Below, piece by piece: positions 54,698 through 63,977 of a stretch of 64,000 nt of DNA. The notes under the pieces were generated by a model. The model did no database searches, had not been told where the DNA came from, and was given only the letters and a program-made list of their open reading frames with translations. Each line of letters begins with the position of its first letter. The first letter of the stretch is position 1. This DNA is from a virus: positions 1 to 64,000 of the IMG/VR virus record IMGVR_UViG_3300031576_000010; one strand, written 5' to 3'. The translations under genes were made by a program, and so were the position numbers.

Positions 54698-56458
54698 TCA
54701 GCTCGGCTCCGGAATCTCTTCGCGGTTGAGCGTGATGGAATCGGTGTAGGTCGTCGTGATTGTGATCGAGTCGGATTCGGGCGTGGTGGTCGGTAGGTCG
54801 AGCGGGTCGACCACGACCGTGATGGTGGAGCCGGCCCCACCAGTCAACACGAACGTGCCGCCCGCCGCCACGTTCACGATCGCGCCCGCCACATCGCCGA
54901 ACGGCGCCCACGTCATGTTGCGAGCGAGCCCGACGATCGCGTACGCGAGCGTCCCGACGCCCGCCGGAGCGGTCGCGCCGACCGAATCGATCCGCACGCC
55001 CGTGATGTTGACCGGCTGGCTCGCCCGGTTGACCGGCAGGCCGGCCGCCTGGACCGACACCGCGATGGAGGACCCATCCCCGCCCGGCAGCGTGAACACG
55101 CCCCCCGCCCCCACCGCTACCGCGGCGCCGGGTACAAGAGCACCGGGCGCCTGCCACTGGAGTGTCAGGGCCGCACCCGCCACGTACGTGAGGGTCCCGA
55201 CTCCCGACAGGGTCGCGCCATCCAGCGCAACGATCTTGACGCCCAGGATGTTGAGCGGCTGGGTGTTGGCCTTGTAGGTGTGGTCGCGGAGCTGGTAGTT
55301 GGGCGGGATCAGGTTGGCCGGGATGGTCCGGTCGACGTAGTCGTAGATGGTGATCGGGACGTTGAACCGGTTGACGTAGACCTTCCCTTCCTTCTCGCCG
55401 TCGGGCAGCGGGATGTCGGCCTCGCCGGCCAACGACCAGTCCGACAGGATGACCTGGAAGTACCGCTCGGTCGCGCCGCCCGCCACCGGCTCGGCGTAGA
55501 CGTGCTCGCCGTAGAACGTGAAGTCCCGGTCGGACATGTAGAGCGACAGGAAGTAGATGAGGAGATCGGTCAGCTCGGTGCGCTCGTTGTCCGAGTCGGC
55601 CCCCACGTCGATGCCGATCGTGAAGCTGGCGCCAGTCCCATACCGGTTGGCGGGCCGGCGGGCCGGGTTGTCCGAGTCGTCCGCCTGCCCGACCGTGAAC
55701 CCCAAGGCTGTCAAGAGAGTGGCGGTCCCGCCCGTCACCTCGATCCGGTTGGGTGTCTCGTGGTCGGACGACCGGTAGTTCCGCGGGTTGGTGGCGGCGG
55801 GCAGAGCGATCGGCTTGGTCGCGCGGACCGGCCCACCCGCCACCAGCTCCAAGAACGTGGAGCCGCCGGTCGTGACCGCGCGCGCCCGCGCATACAGCGC
55901 CTGCACGTTGATGATGTCGGCGAGCTGCTGGGCCGTTACGGCCGCGGGTGTGGGGAACGGGAACGACGGCAGCACCATCGTGCTGGTCCGGTAGTTCACA
56001 CCGTCCGGCTTGGTCCTGAACGCCAGAGTCGGGGGCGTCGTGATGTTCAGGATGGCGGATAGGTTGTAGGGCTGCGGGTTGGTCGCGCGGACTCGCGGTG
56101 GGTACTGCACGTGATCGACGAACGCGCCCGTCAGCCCGATGGGCTTGCGCGCCCCACCCGCCTTTGTGACCGAGATGAGGGGCAACTTCTTGAGGATGTC
56201 GGGGTACTCGCGGATGAGGGTGACGAGGTTCTCGAACGGGTCGGTCGACTGCTGGGAGATCCCGTACTTCCCGATCGTCAGGATCTCGGCGAACCGGGCC
56301 GCCGCAACGGTCGGCTGCGCGAAGAACTGGCGCAGCTCCTCGACGAACGAGTCCTTCGCGGTTTCGACCAGTTGACTGAACCGGAAGTTGTCGCGCGTGT
56401 CGACCGCAAGGGTCGGGACGTTGCGCTTGATCGCGAGGTCGTCGGACGTGAAAGCCAC
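54698..56458 (-). CDS. neck / tail-terminator protein with accessory domains
   Basis: EYPDILKKLPLISV motif and position before the sheath. Confidence 0.55.
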   Translation of the reverse strand: MAFTSDDLAIKRNVPTLAVDTRDNFRFSQLVETAKDSFVEELRQFFAQPTVAAARFAEILTIGKYGISQQSTDPFENLVTLIREYPDILKKLPLISVTKAGGARKPIGLTGAFVDHVQYPPRVRATNPQPYNLSAILNITTPPTLAFRTKPDGVNYRTSTMVLPSFPFPTPAAVTAQQLADIINVQALYARARAVTTGGSTFLELVAGGPVRATKPIALPAATNPRNYRSSDHETPNRIEVTGGTATLLTALGFTVGQADDSDNPARRPANRYGTGASFTIGIDVGADSDNERTELTDLLIYFLSLYMSDRDFTFYGEHVYAEPVAGGATERYFQVILSDWSLAGEADIPLPDGEKEGKVYVNRFNVPITIYDYVDRTIPANLIPPNYQLRDHTYKANTQPLNILGVKIVALDGATLSGVGTLTYVAGAALTLQWQAPGALVPGAAVAVGAGGVFTLPGGDGSSIAVSVQAAGLPVNRASQPVNITGVRIDSVGATAPAGVGTLAYAIVGLARNMTWAPFGDVAGAIVNVAAGGTFVLTGGAGSTITVVVDPLDLPTTTPESDSITITTTYTDSITLNREEIPEPS

Positions 56459-56491
56459 GGGCCTGTGCGGACAGGCTACCGCGAGATCGCA

Positions 56492-56505
56492 CGGAATTTT
56501 AGAAG
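56492..56505 (-). promoter_or_regulatory. putative late promoter motif CTTCTAAAATTCCG
   Basis: Identical 14-mer at 62461-62474; both lie upstream of structural gene starts. Confidence 0.6.
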
Positions 56506-56555
56506 GGCGGACCCAGCTTGCACATGCGTCAAGATTCAGCTAAACTGACGTAACA

Positions 56556-57476
56556 GTGAGATTAGACCAGGCCGAAGCACGCAAGCTGCATGAGCAAGGG
56601 TTGAATGGTGCCGAGATCGCCAAACGACTCGGGGTGTGGCGCCAGACCGTCACCCACTATTTTCGCTCGATCGGGATCCGGGGCCACCAGTACGGTTTCG
56701 TCAAGACGCTCACGGATCGTCAACGCGCCATGCTGTATGGGACGGTGCTTGGGGACGGGCACCTCAGCCGCCGACAAGAGTCGTACCTTGCCATGAAGCA
56801 CGGATGGGTGCAACGCGCATACCTCACCTGGAAGGTCGAGGAACTTGCGCCGCTGTTCAAGACCACTAAGTTGCATGAAGGGACAACGACGATCCGACAC
56901 AAGACCTATCGGTTCGCCCAGATACATTCACGAGTACATCCACTACTGGGAGATGCACGCCGGCTGTTCTACACGGATGGCGGCAAGAAGACGGTAACGC
57001 ACGACGTGCTCGACGCCCTCGACAAGCTCGGGCCGTTGCTTTCGCTCGCACTGGCCGTCTGGTACATGGACGACGGGTCGCTGTACGACGATGGTCGCTA
57101 CGCGCAGATCACGCTTGGTGGAATGAGCCAGCCAGCATATCGACGGACTGCCGAGTGGTTTTGTCAACGAGGGTTCGCGGGCGCGATTGGCAAGCACACA
57201 ACCAAGAACAGCGTGGTGTTCCGAATGCACGCTCAAGGATCGCGCAGGTTTGCCAAGACCATCATCCCGCACATCTACCCGAGCATGAGGTACAAGATCC
57301 CATCCTCGTTGGAAGACCCACCAATACGATCTGTCTCGACTACTTGTTCCGCATGTGGATCGTTGATTACGCGTCCGAAGTCGCACGCGAGATCCTACAG
57401 CCTGTTCTGCTCACGTGAGTGTTACCACGAAGCGCGACGCGCTCGGCTCAAGTCGTTAGCCCGAGAACACGGATGA
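56556..57476 (+). CDS. LAGLIDADG homing endonuclease (antisense insertion)
   Basis: LYGTVLGDG and LAVWYMDDGS motifs, N-terminal HTH, C-terminal Zn ribbon. Confidence 0.9.
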   Translation: MRLDQAEARKLHEQGLNGAEIAKRLGVWRQTVTHYFRSIGIRGHQYGFVKTLTDRQRAMLYGTVLGDGHLSRRQESYLAMKHGWVQRAYLTWKVEELAPLFKTTKLHEGTTTIRHKTYRFAQIHSRVHPLLGDARRLFYTDGGKKTVTHDVLDALDKLGPLLSLALAVWYMDDGSLYDDGRYAQITLGGMSQPAYRRTAEWFCQRGFAGAIGKHTTKNSVVFRMHAQGSRRFAKTIIPHIYPSMRYKIPSSLEDPPIRSVSTTCSACGSLITRPKSHARSYSLFCSRECYHEARRARLKSLAREHG

Positions 57477-57996
57477 GAAGGCCCTCGTAGTCCGTGCGGA
57501 GTTTAGTCTGCACGTACTCCTCCATCCCCTTCTCAAGGAAGTGGGTGGGCTCAGATCCTGGATGCCACCACGGTGGACCACCAGGGTTACGAAGCATGTG
57601 CTTCGCGGTGGCAACTCGGAACGTCTTCTCGCCATCGATTATCAGCGGGATCGTCACCGCCTTGGTGCCGTCCCGCAGATACCAGGCGTTGTGTGCGTTG
57701 AGAAGGTACTGCATCTTGTGAGGACGCACGCCTACGGACCTCCAGTAGGCGTAGGGCTTGGTGTTTCCGATGTAGCCCATCGCCTTGGCGACGTCGTACC
57801 GGCTGAACCACGACTGGTCGAGTCCGCCACCCGACGGGTTCTTCCACAGGCGCGACGCGTACGCCCGGATGGTCGCGAGCGCCCCCTCAGTGATCTCGCG
57901 GATGGCGTACATCTTGTAGACCTCCCAGAAGCGCGGGTCCGCCATACGGGCGAGGAAGTTGTGGTCGGCGACCACCTGGAACGTGATGGCGGGCAC
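57448..57996 (-). CDS. neck / tail-completion protein (HK97 gp10-like)
   Basis: PYAYW...GVRPH...WWHPGSEPTHFLEKG; GGAGG RBS before the GTG at 57996. Confidence 0.55.
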   Translation of the reverse strand: MPAITFQVVADHNFLARMADPRFWEVYKMYAIREITEGALATIRAYASRLWKNPSGGGLDQSWFSRYDVAKAMGYIGNTKPYAYWRSVGVRPHKMQYLLNAHNAWYLRDGTKAVTIPLIIDGEKTFRVATAKHMLRNPGGPPWWHPGSEPTHFLEKGMEEYVQTKLRTDYEGLLIRVLGLTT

Positions 57997-57998
57997 CC

Positions 57999-58262
57999 CT
58001 AGCACCTCCGCCGCGCGTACTCGTGGCGGGGCGACAGCGCGACCGATCGGAGCGCTTCTGGTGTGCAAAGACGGAGGGGGATCGAGAAGGACGGGAGCAG
58101 TCCCTTCGTGACCTTGATGTTCTTCAGCTCGAACGCTTGGCCCAACGAGGCGACGTGGTTGTAGCCGTAGTACAGCGGCTGACGACCAGCTCCGCAGCAG
58201 TTGCAGGTCTGGTGGTTCCAGCAGAGCGTCGTGGTGCTGCTGTAGCTGGTGTCGGGCGCCAT
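57999..58262 (-). CDS. hypothetical protein
   Basis: Start overlaps the upstream stop. Confidence 0.45.
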   Translation of the reverse strand: MAPDTSYSSTTTLCWNHQTCNCCGAGRQPLYYGYNHVASLGQAFELKNIKVTKGLLPSFSIPLRLCTPEALRSVALSPRHEYARRRC

Positions 58263-60814
58263 CAGAATACCTGGCCGATCATCTCGTCACGCTGGGGTCG
58301 CCGGCAACTGAACCCCTGCGAGATGAAGATGCCCTTCGGGTCATGATAGTCGAACGCGGTCAGGTCGTACCGGACCCCCACATGCGTGCCCTCGCGGAAC
58401 TCGATGAACGCCTTCTGCTGGATCAGGTTGACCTCGGGGGGCACGACGACGTCTGGATCCTGAGCGACCAGGTCGTCGAAGTGGCGGAGTGGCACGGTCC
58501 ACCAACGATGGTTCCCGTCCGAATCCACCACCCCCATGCCGCCCCGCTCCCTCGTCTTGGTCGGCAACCCCTTGAGCACCCGGATGAACGGCTCGTCGAG
58601 CCGTGGGTACCGGATCCGCGCGATCTCGAAGAACGGGCTCTTGTCGGTCACGAGCGCACGCGTGAGGGTCACGCGCAACTGGATCGTCCCTCCCGCCGCC
58701 ACCGACAGGCTCGGGAGGGTCGCGATCGACACGTACGGGCCCGCGTTGATCGACACCTCGACCAGCACGGACGTGCCGGCTGGTTGTCGGATGTAGCTGT
58801 CGACCCGGAACTGGAACGGGTTGACCGACGCGACGACGCCGGGCGCCCCGATCGTGAAGACGGGTGATGTGATGGTTGCGGTCAGCAGGCCGGTCGCGAT
58901 CTGGAGGCGGTACGGCTGGAACTCGGTGAACAGCGAGGTGCCCACGAGCGTGACGGCCGGGTCGATCGACGCGACGTGCAACTCGTGGTACCCGAACTTC
59001 GTGTAGCCCGGCACGATGCCGGTCCCGTAGCAGTTGTGAACCGTGACACCGTTCGCGACGAACTGATGGTCCTCCTCCACGGTCAAGTCGTACACAGGTT
59101 CGAGGACATCGTTTCGCTCGACGGACCGGACAAACGGAACCTTCCGCTGCACGACGGGCTCGGGTCCACGTCTTGCCGCCCTGGTGCTCTCCGCTTGGTC
59201 AATGCACGCCGCTAGCTTGGCACTCTTGCGCGCGTTGAAGAACCCGACTCGCGTTTGGAACGCTTGCACGTGGGCAAGGGCCGAAATATCCAGTGCGTAC
59301 AGTCTCCGATAGCCGCGCTCCGAACGCCACGTTGCCTTGTACTCGTGGATTGTTGACCGGATTCCGAGCCCCATCAGGAGTAGCTGCACGTCCTGCAAAA
59401 GCGGATAGGAGACGGATGCCAGCGAGAGACTCACCCGGCCGCCGGCCCCACCAACGCTGCCGTCCGTGGAGAACAACCCGGAAAGGAAGCCGCGCACACA
59501 CTCCACGGACGCTCCAAAGATATGCGCAGGCGCGCGACGGGCAGCGGGGTCCGCGCGCTTGTCCAGCCCCAATGCTCCCAGGAAGTCGGCCAGCCCCTTA
59601 ATCCGCCAGGAGACCGTCGCCATTGGCGCCGGCTCCGAGAGGACGAGGTTACTCTGCCGGTCCCACTTACGCTCGATCACCTCCGTCTGCGTCCCACACC
59701 AGCCGTGTACAACCTCTTGTAGGTGGTCGAGGTCCGCGCGGTCCACGATGGAGGAGCAGACCGTCACGATCGGGTACTTGCCCTTTCCCACCGAACCGTC
59801 CCCGAGAACGTAGCCCAGGAGAAGTCCAACATCGAATCCATCGCTATCTGGGAACTTGTAGTCCAGACTCTTGTCCGGACGAGCGGTCAGATCAGAAACG
59901 GCCGCGATAGGGACGGGCAGCGGCGAGACTGATTCCCCCTCTGGGGGGGCGAAGTCGAGTCTGTCGCCCTCCTCCAGGTCGCCCACCTCCAGCCAGCCGC
60001 GTTCCGCCATACGAATGAAGTGATCTGGAGTCGCACGAATGGAGAGCCCCCAGTTCGTCGTGACCGTCATGGTCTCGCGGATACCGGTCTGAAACGCCGT
60101 TGCCCTCCGCCATGCCTTACCGGACCAGACCTCGAACGGTTCACCCACCAAGTCCTCGACAGCGACCAATCCTCGGCCGCGCACGAACACGCGGGTGTCT
60201 CCAGAAACGCACGATCGACACTTGCCGTCCGGCTGTTTGCTTGTTTGCTTGTAGCAGGAGCACAGCGGGTAGACCGCGTTCGTGACGGTCGTCTGATCGA
60301 CCTGCGGGTTGAAGTTGGGGGTGTGGAGCAGCGACCTGGAGAACGTGATCGAGTTGCTGTAGGGACCGCCTGACGACGGCAGGAACGCGCTGTCGATCGA
60401 GACGGTCAGGTAGCTGCCGCTCGACTCCAGCTTGAAGATGCCGCCCGCCCGCACGTCGACCGTCGGGGCGGCGGTCCCGCCGGGCGGCGTCCACACGATC
60501 GTCCTGGCGGCTCCCGCGACCGTCAGGACCAGGGTGCCGGCGCCCGTGGGTGTCCGGTGGGAGAACGCGGCGATCGCGACGCCGGGGATCGGGGTGGCCT
60601 CCAGGATGGCGGACTGGGGGATCTCGTGCCACAGATCGGCCGCCAACCCGACGCCCAACACCTTGTCGATGTGGGCCTTCAGCATCTTGAAGATCGACTG
60701 GTCACCTCGAATGCGCGCGTCTACTCCCGTACCGGAGTATCGACCAAGATAACCAACGGCCAGATGCTTACCTTGCACCCGAACAAACCCACCCCGCCCA
60801 ACACCAGTGGTCAT
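58262..60814 (-). CDS. head-closure/neck protein containing an intein
   Basis: Extein Zn motif CSC...KCRS-[intein]-CYGTGIVPGY; position in the neck module. Confidence 0.7.
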   Translation of the reverse strand: MTTGVGRGGFVRVQGKHLAVGYLGRYSGTGVDARIRGDQSIFKMLKAHIDKVLGVGLAADLWHEIPQSAILEATPIPGVAIAAFSHRTPTGAGTLVLTVAGAARTIVWTPPGGTAAPTVDVRAGGIFKLESSGSYLTVSIDSAFLPSSGGPYSNSITFSRSLLHTPNFNPQVDQTTVTNAVYPLCSCYKQTSKQPDGKCRSCVSGDTRVFVRGRGLVAVEDLVGEPFEVWSGKAWRRATAFQTGIRETMTVTTNWGLSIRATPDHFIRMAERGWLEVGDLEEGDRLDFAPPEGESVSPLPVPIAAVSDLTARPDKSLDYKFPDSDGFDVGLLLGYVLGDGSVGKGKYPIVTVCSSIVDRADLDHLQEVVHGWCGTQTEVIERKWDRQSNLVLSEPAPMATVSWRIKGLADFLGALGLDKRADPAARRAPAHIFGASVECVRGFLSGLFSTDGSVGGAGGRVSLSLASVSYPLLQDVQLLLMGLGIRSTIHEYKATWRSERGYRRLYALDISALAHVQAFQTRVGFFNARKSAKLAACIDQAESTRAARRGPEPVVQRKVPFVRSVERNDVLEPVYDLTVEEDHQFVANGVTVHNCYGTGIVPGYTKFGYHELHVASIDPAVTLVGTSLFTEFQPYRLQIATGLLTATITSPVFTIGAPGVVASVNPFQFRVDSYIRQPAGTSVLVEVSINAGPYVSIATLPSLSVAAGGTIQLRVTLTRALVTDKSPFFEIARIRYPRLDEPFIRVLKGLPTKTRERGGMGVVDSDGNHRWWTVPLRHFDDLVAQDPDVVVPPEVNLIQQKAFIEFREGTHVGVRYDLTAFDYHDPKGIFISQGFSCRRPQRDEMIGQVF
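59033..60211 (-). mobile_element. intein with LAGLIDADG endonuclease (393 aa)
   Basis: Starts CVSGDTRV; block B ATPDH; LGYVLGDG and FLSGLFSTDG; ends VYDLTV...VHN followed by Cys+1. Confidence 0.93.
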
Positions 60815-61560
60815 GCTGTTCGCTCTTGGTTGATCGGAAGACCGCGGTCGCGCCGGTACGCGATGTACTCGTCGTCCGTTCGCTTACCCTTGCTCTGATT
60901 GCATCGAGCACACGCAACAACGATGTTGCTTGGGTAGTTCGTTGGGCCCAGGTCCTTCCTGGCTAGTGGAATCTTGTGATCGATGTGCGGTCTGGTTACC
61001 TCTGCGCCGCAGTAGTAGCAGAGGTGTTGCTGCGCCAACAGTTTCGCAACGACGTCCTTGCTGGTCCATCTGCCCGGTATCGCTCGCTTGGCCGACCGAT
61101 ACCTGTGCGTGATGCCCCTCCGCTTCATCGGGTTCTTCAGGTCGTATCGCCGCTTAATCTGCCTGATGAGATCGGGGTGCTCGTCGGCATACTGTCGGTT
61201 CCTCGCCGCAGCTCTGGCGCGGTTGTGCTGATACCATGCCTTCGAGATAGCCTTGACTTTGACGGGGTGCTCCGCGGCCCATCGCTTTGCTGCGGCGCAA
61301 GCACAAGATCGACACCGCGTCACGAGCCCCGAACAATCACGCTTGTTCCGATGGAAAAACTTGATCGTCGCCGGACGAACGGCACCACACGCTGAGCATG
61401 TTCGCTTCCCCGCGTTCACCGGCTGGAATACCTTCTGCTTGGCAGCATCGTTTCTGCACTGCTTGCAAACCGAAGTGAGACCGAGCGTGCCCATCAAGTT
61501 TCGATGAAAAAATCTGAGCGACGCGGGCTTGCGTTCGCCACATTTCGAGCACGTTCTCAC
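60811..61560 (-). CDS. HNH homing endonuclease
   Basis: Two RTCSxCG repeats; CYYCG...HIDHKIP...NIVVACARCN. Confidence 0.85.
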   Translation of the reverse strand: MRTCSKCGERKPASLRFFHRNLMGTLGLTSVCKQCRNDAAKQKVFQPVNAGKRTCSACGAVRPATIKFFHRNKRDCSGLVTRCRSCACAAAKRWAAEHPVKVKAISKAWYQHNRARAAARNRQYADEHPDLIRQIKRRYDLKNPMKRRGITHRYRSAKRAIPGRWTSKDVVAKLLAQQHLCYYCGAEVTRPHIDHKIPLARKDLGPTNYPSNIVVACARCNQSKGKRTDDEYIAYRRDRGLPINQERTA

Positions 61561-62435
61561 GTGCTCAAGAACCCGCGAAAGAGGATCCCAGAGGGTGCGG
61601 CCGAAAGCAGTTGAAGCAGCCGGAACGACACACCAGCTTGGATGTGAATCGATCCCATCGTCGCGAAGTTGAGCTTGAACAACGGCACCAACCGATCGAG
61701 CCGCTGTTGCAGGAACGATAGAAATGACTGGAGTGGTTGTTGATGGTTGATGCTAAAACTATACCCCTGGTCAGAGTAATTGACAAGATCCGTGTCGATC
61801 GAGAACAACGTCTGGCTCTGGAGCGCCACCAACGTGGCGGTGTCGATGAGGAGCTGGCCGTGCGTCTTGAACGGGTAGTTCTCCAACAGGATGTTGGTGT
61901 TCGGCTGGTACAGGTTGATGACGTTGAGGCCGCCCTCCAGGTACATGAGGAGCTGGGCGTCCGAGTAGCCACCGAACAGGTTGGTCGCCTCCTCGACGAT
62001 CTTGACCGCCTTGTCGATCTGGAGCCGGAAGCTCGGCAGGTAGGCCAGGACCCTCGGGTCCAGCACCTTAACGACTTGGAGGACGACGGCCGGCTCGGTC
62101 CCGACCCCACCGATCGCCCGCCAGATGAAGAAGAGGTCGCGCACCAGGTTGGTCTCGGTTTGGGTCGGCACATTGACGGGTGCGAGCGGGTCGCCCCAGC
62201 CGATGTAGTAGTCGCCGGTCGTGCCGGCCGGCTTGATGATGCGGGTCGGGGGCGACGGCGGCGCGAAGAAGTCGTCCTCGTACAACACCGTCTTGCTCAC
62301 GTCCATGACGCGAAGGTGCAGGTAGGTGGCGTCGACCTTGTCGCCGTTCGCGTCGAACAACGTGATGTTGATGCGCTGGTCGAAGTTCTGGAGGATCAGC
62401 TCGACCGCGTTGGCGTTGAGGAAGGGGGCGGGCAC
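61557..62435 (-). CDS. head-tail adaptor / neck protein
   Basis: YSDAQL...IN, NYSDQGYSFSI; position in the module. Confidence 0.55.
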   Translation of the reverse strand: MPAPFLNANAVELILQNFDQRINITLFDANGDKVDATYLHLRVMDVSKTVLYEDDFFAPPSPPTRIIKPAGTTGDYYIGWGDPLAPVNVPTQTETNLVRDLFFIWRAIGGVGTEPAVVLQVVKVLDPRVLAYLPSFRLQIDKAVKIVEEATNLFGGYSDAQLLMYLEGGLNVINLYQPNTNILLENYPFKTHGQLLIDTATLVALQSQTLFSIDTDLVNYSDQGYSFSINHQQPLQSFLSFLQQRLDRLVPLFKLNFATMGSIHIQAGVSFRLLQLLSAAPSGILFRGFLST

Positions 62436-62460
62436 GAACCCAGCCTAGCGCCACAACGTA

Positions 62461-62474
62461 CGGAATTTTAGAAG
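62461..62474 (-). promoter_or_regulatory. putative late promoter motif CTTCTAAAATTCCG
   Basis: 26 nt upstream of the 62435 start. Confidence 0.6.
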
Positions 62475-62475
62475 T

Positions 62476-62673
62476 CTAGTCGCCAGTGTCGCCCGGCTTG
62501 ATCCGGGAGGGTGTCGTACCTGGTCGAAGGGCGGGCCCGCGCGTCCCCACGTTCGCCGGCTTGATGAGCGGGGCGGTTGTGCCGGGCCGCATGGCTGGCC
62601 CACGCGTCCCCACGTTCGCCGGCTTGATGAACAGGTCTGTGGTCGATCCAGGACGAATACGGCTACGCGTCAT
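62476..62673 (-). CDS. small protein with a 21-aa internal repeat
   Basis: IKPANVGTRGPAxRPGTT occurs twice; 63-bp-period DNA direct repeat. Confidence 0.45.
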   Translation of the reverse strand: MTRSRIRPGSTTDLFIKPANVGTRGPAMRPGTTAPLIKPANVGTRGPALRPGTTPSRIKPGDTGD

Positions 62674-63148
62674 CAGATCGTCCCTCGATCCCGTTCGATG
62701 ACGACACAATCACCATAGCCTGCTCGACCTCACCCTCCCGGATGTCTCCCGCGCGAGCGGACTTGAGACGCCTGACGGCACGACGGATCCGGTACGTCAC
62801 CTCACCCGAGAGCTTCTCCTTGTCGGCCGCCTGCTGCACTACCGACAGGATGGTCCTGACCTCCTCGACCGTGAACTTCAGCTTCACGAGAGCTGGATCC
62901 GCGATCCTCTCATTCACCTCCTTTGCCCACTCACCCACCTCTTCCTTGCCGTAATTAGCAGGCGTGACAAAGGATTCGCACGTGCCATCACCCTCGATCG
63001 CCTCGATGGCATCGCTGTTGCGGTCTGTCGCATCGTCCTTCGGATTGTGAGCCGCGAGGAGGGTTCGCAGGTGAAACCGTTCCTCGAATGTCATCGCGAT
63101 GAACCATACCTGACTCGCCCGCTCCCGCTTCATTTTCGATTCTCCCAT
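62663..63148 (-). CDS. hypothetical protein
   Basis: ORF with a GAGG RBS. Confidence 0.55.
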   Translation of the reverse strand: MGESKMKRERASQVWFIAMTFEERFHLRTLLAAHNPKDDATDRNSDAIEAIEGDGTCESFVTPANYGKEEVGEWAKEVNERIADPALVKLKFTVEEVRTILSVVQQAADKEKLSGEVTYRIRRAVRRLKSARAGDIREGEVEQAMVIVSSSNGIEGRSDDA

Positions 63149-63170
63149 CGTTGGCCTCTTGGGGATCGCC

Positions 63171-63449
63171 CTACCGTGTCTTCGTCGTAGGCGTCAACTC
63201 TTGTGCGATAGCGGCCAGCTCCTCCTTGGTCAGCTCTTCGCTGGGGGTGAGGGTCTGAAGTGCCCAATCAAGCTTGTGCTGGAGCGCCTCTGCCTTGACC
63301 TTGCTGTCGCGTAGCTTCTCGTTGGCATCAGCGTACATACTGGTGACGGCGGTCGGCTCATCATCGTCGGGTACCGTCTTCTTCCGTTTAACGCGCGCGT
63401 GGATCGCGTAGGAGCCACCTTTCTCCTTCCCATCCTTCCCATCCTTCAT
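63171..63449 (-). CDS. hypothetical protein
   Basis: ATGA-coupled to the upstream gene. Confidence 0.5.
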   Translation of the reverse strand: MKDGKDGKEKGGSYAIHARVKRKKTVPDDDEPTAVTSMYADANEKLRDSKVKAEALQHKLDWALQTLTPSEELTKEELAAIAQELTPTTKTR

Positions 63450-63706
63450 CGCCGCCCTCTCGATTCTAGGACCGCATCAACGACAGCCGATAGCTTCGCG
63501 ACCATCGTGTCGAAGTCGTGCTTGACCTCAAGAACCCGATCGGTCACCGCTTTCGCCTCCTCTACCCGTTTGTCCTGTAGCACGTCCTTCTCACGCTGCA
63601 GAGAACGATTCTGCTTCCACTGGAGCCAGTTGAACGCAGCGAGCGCGATGGCGGCGATCGATTGTAGTCCGCCGACCCTGAGGACTTCTGTCAGGAACTC
63701 CCACAC
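63446..63706 (-). CDS. holin-like small membrane protein
   Basis: One N-terminal hydrophobic helix followed by a coiled coil. Confidence 0.45.
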   Translation of the reverse strand: MWEFLTEVLRVGGLQSIAAIALAAFNWLQWKQNRSLQREKDVLQDKRVEEAKAVTDRVLEVKHDFDTMVAKLSAVVDAVLESRGRR

Positions 63707-63716
63707 AAAACCACCG

Positions 63717-63977
63717 TCAGAAGCCCTCGACCTGCTTCACAAGCGCGACCAGGGCCGCAGCCGCGCCGTCGAGAATAGCCTGGTCATCGGGATCGAGAGA
63801 CCCAGGCGGTAGGTCGACCGAGCGGGTCGCGTAGACACTCCCATCGGACACCCGCTTCAGGATGTAGGAGAGCGTCAAGATGACGCCAGTACCGTCCTCG
63901 GTCGGTCGCACGTACACGGCGGTGAAGTCTGCGATCGTCGGCTCGACGATCTCCTCGGTGATCATCTTCGTGGCCAT
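63717..63977 (-). CDS. hypothetical protein
   Basis: GGGAGG RBS; 86 aa. Confidence 0.55.
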   Translation of the reverse strand: MATKMITEEIVEPTIADFTAVYVRPTEDGTGVILTLSYILKRVSDGSVYATRSVDLPPGSLDPDDQAILDGAAAALVALVKQVEGF

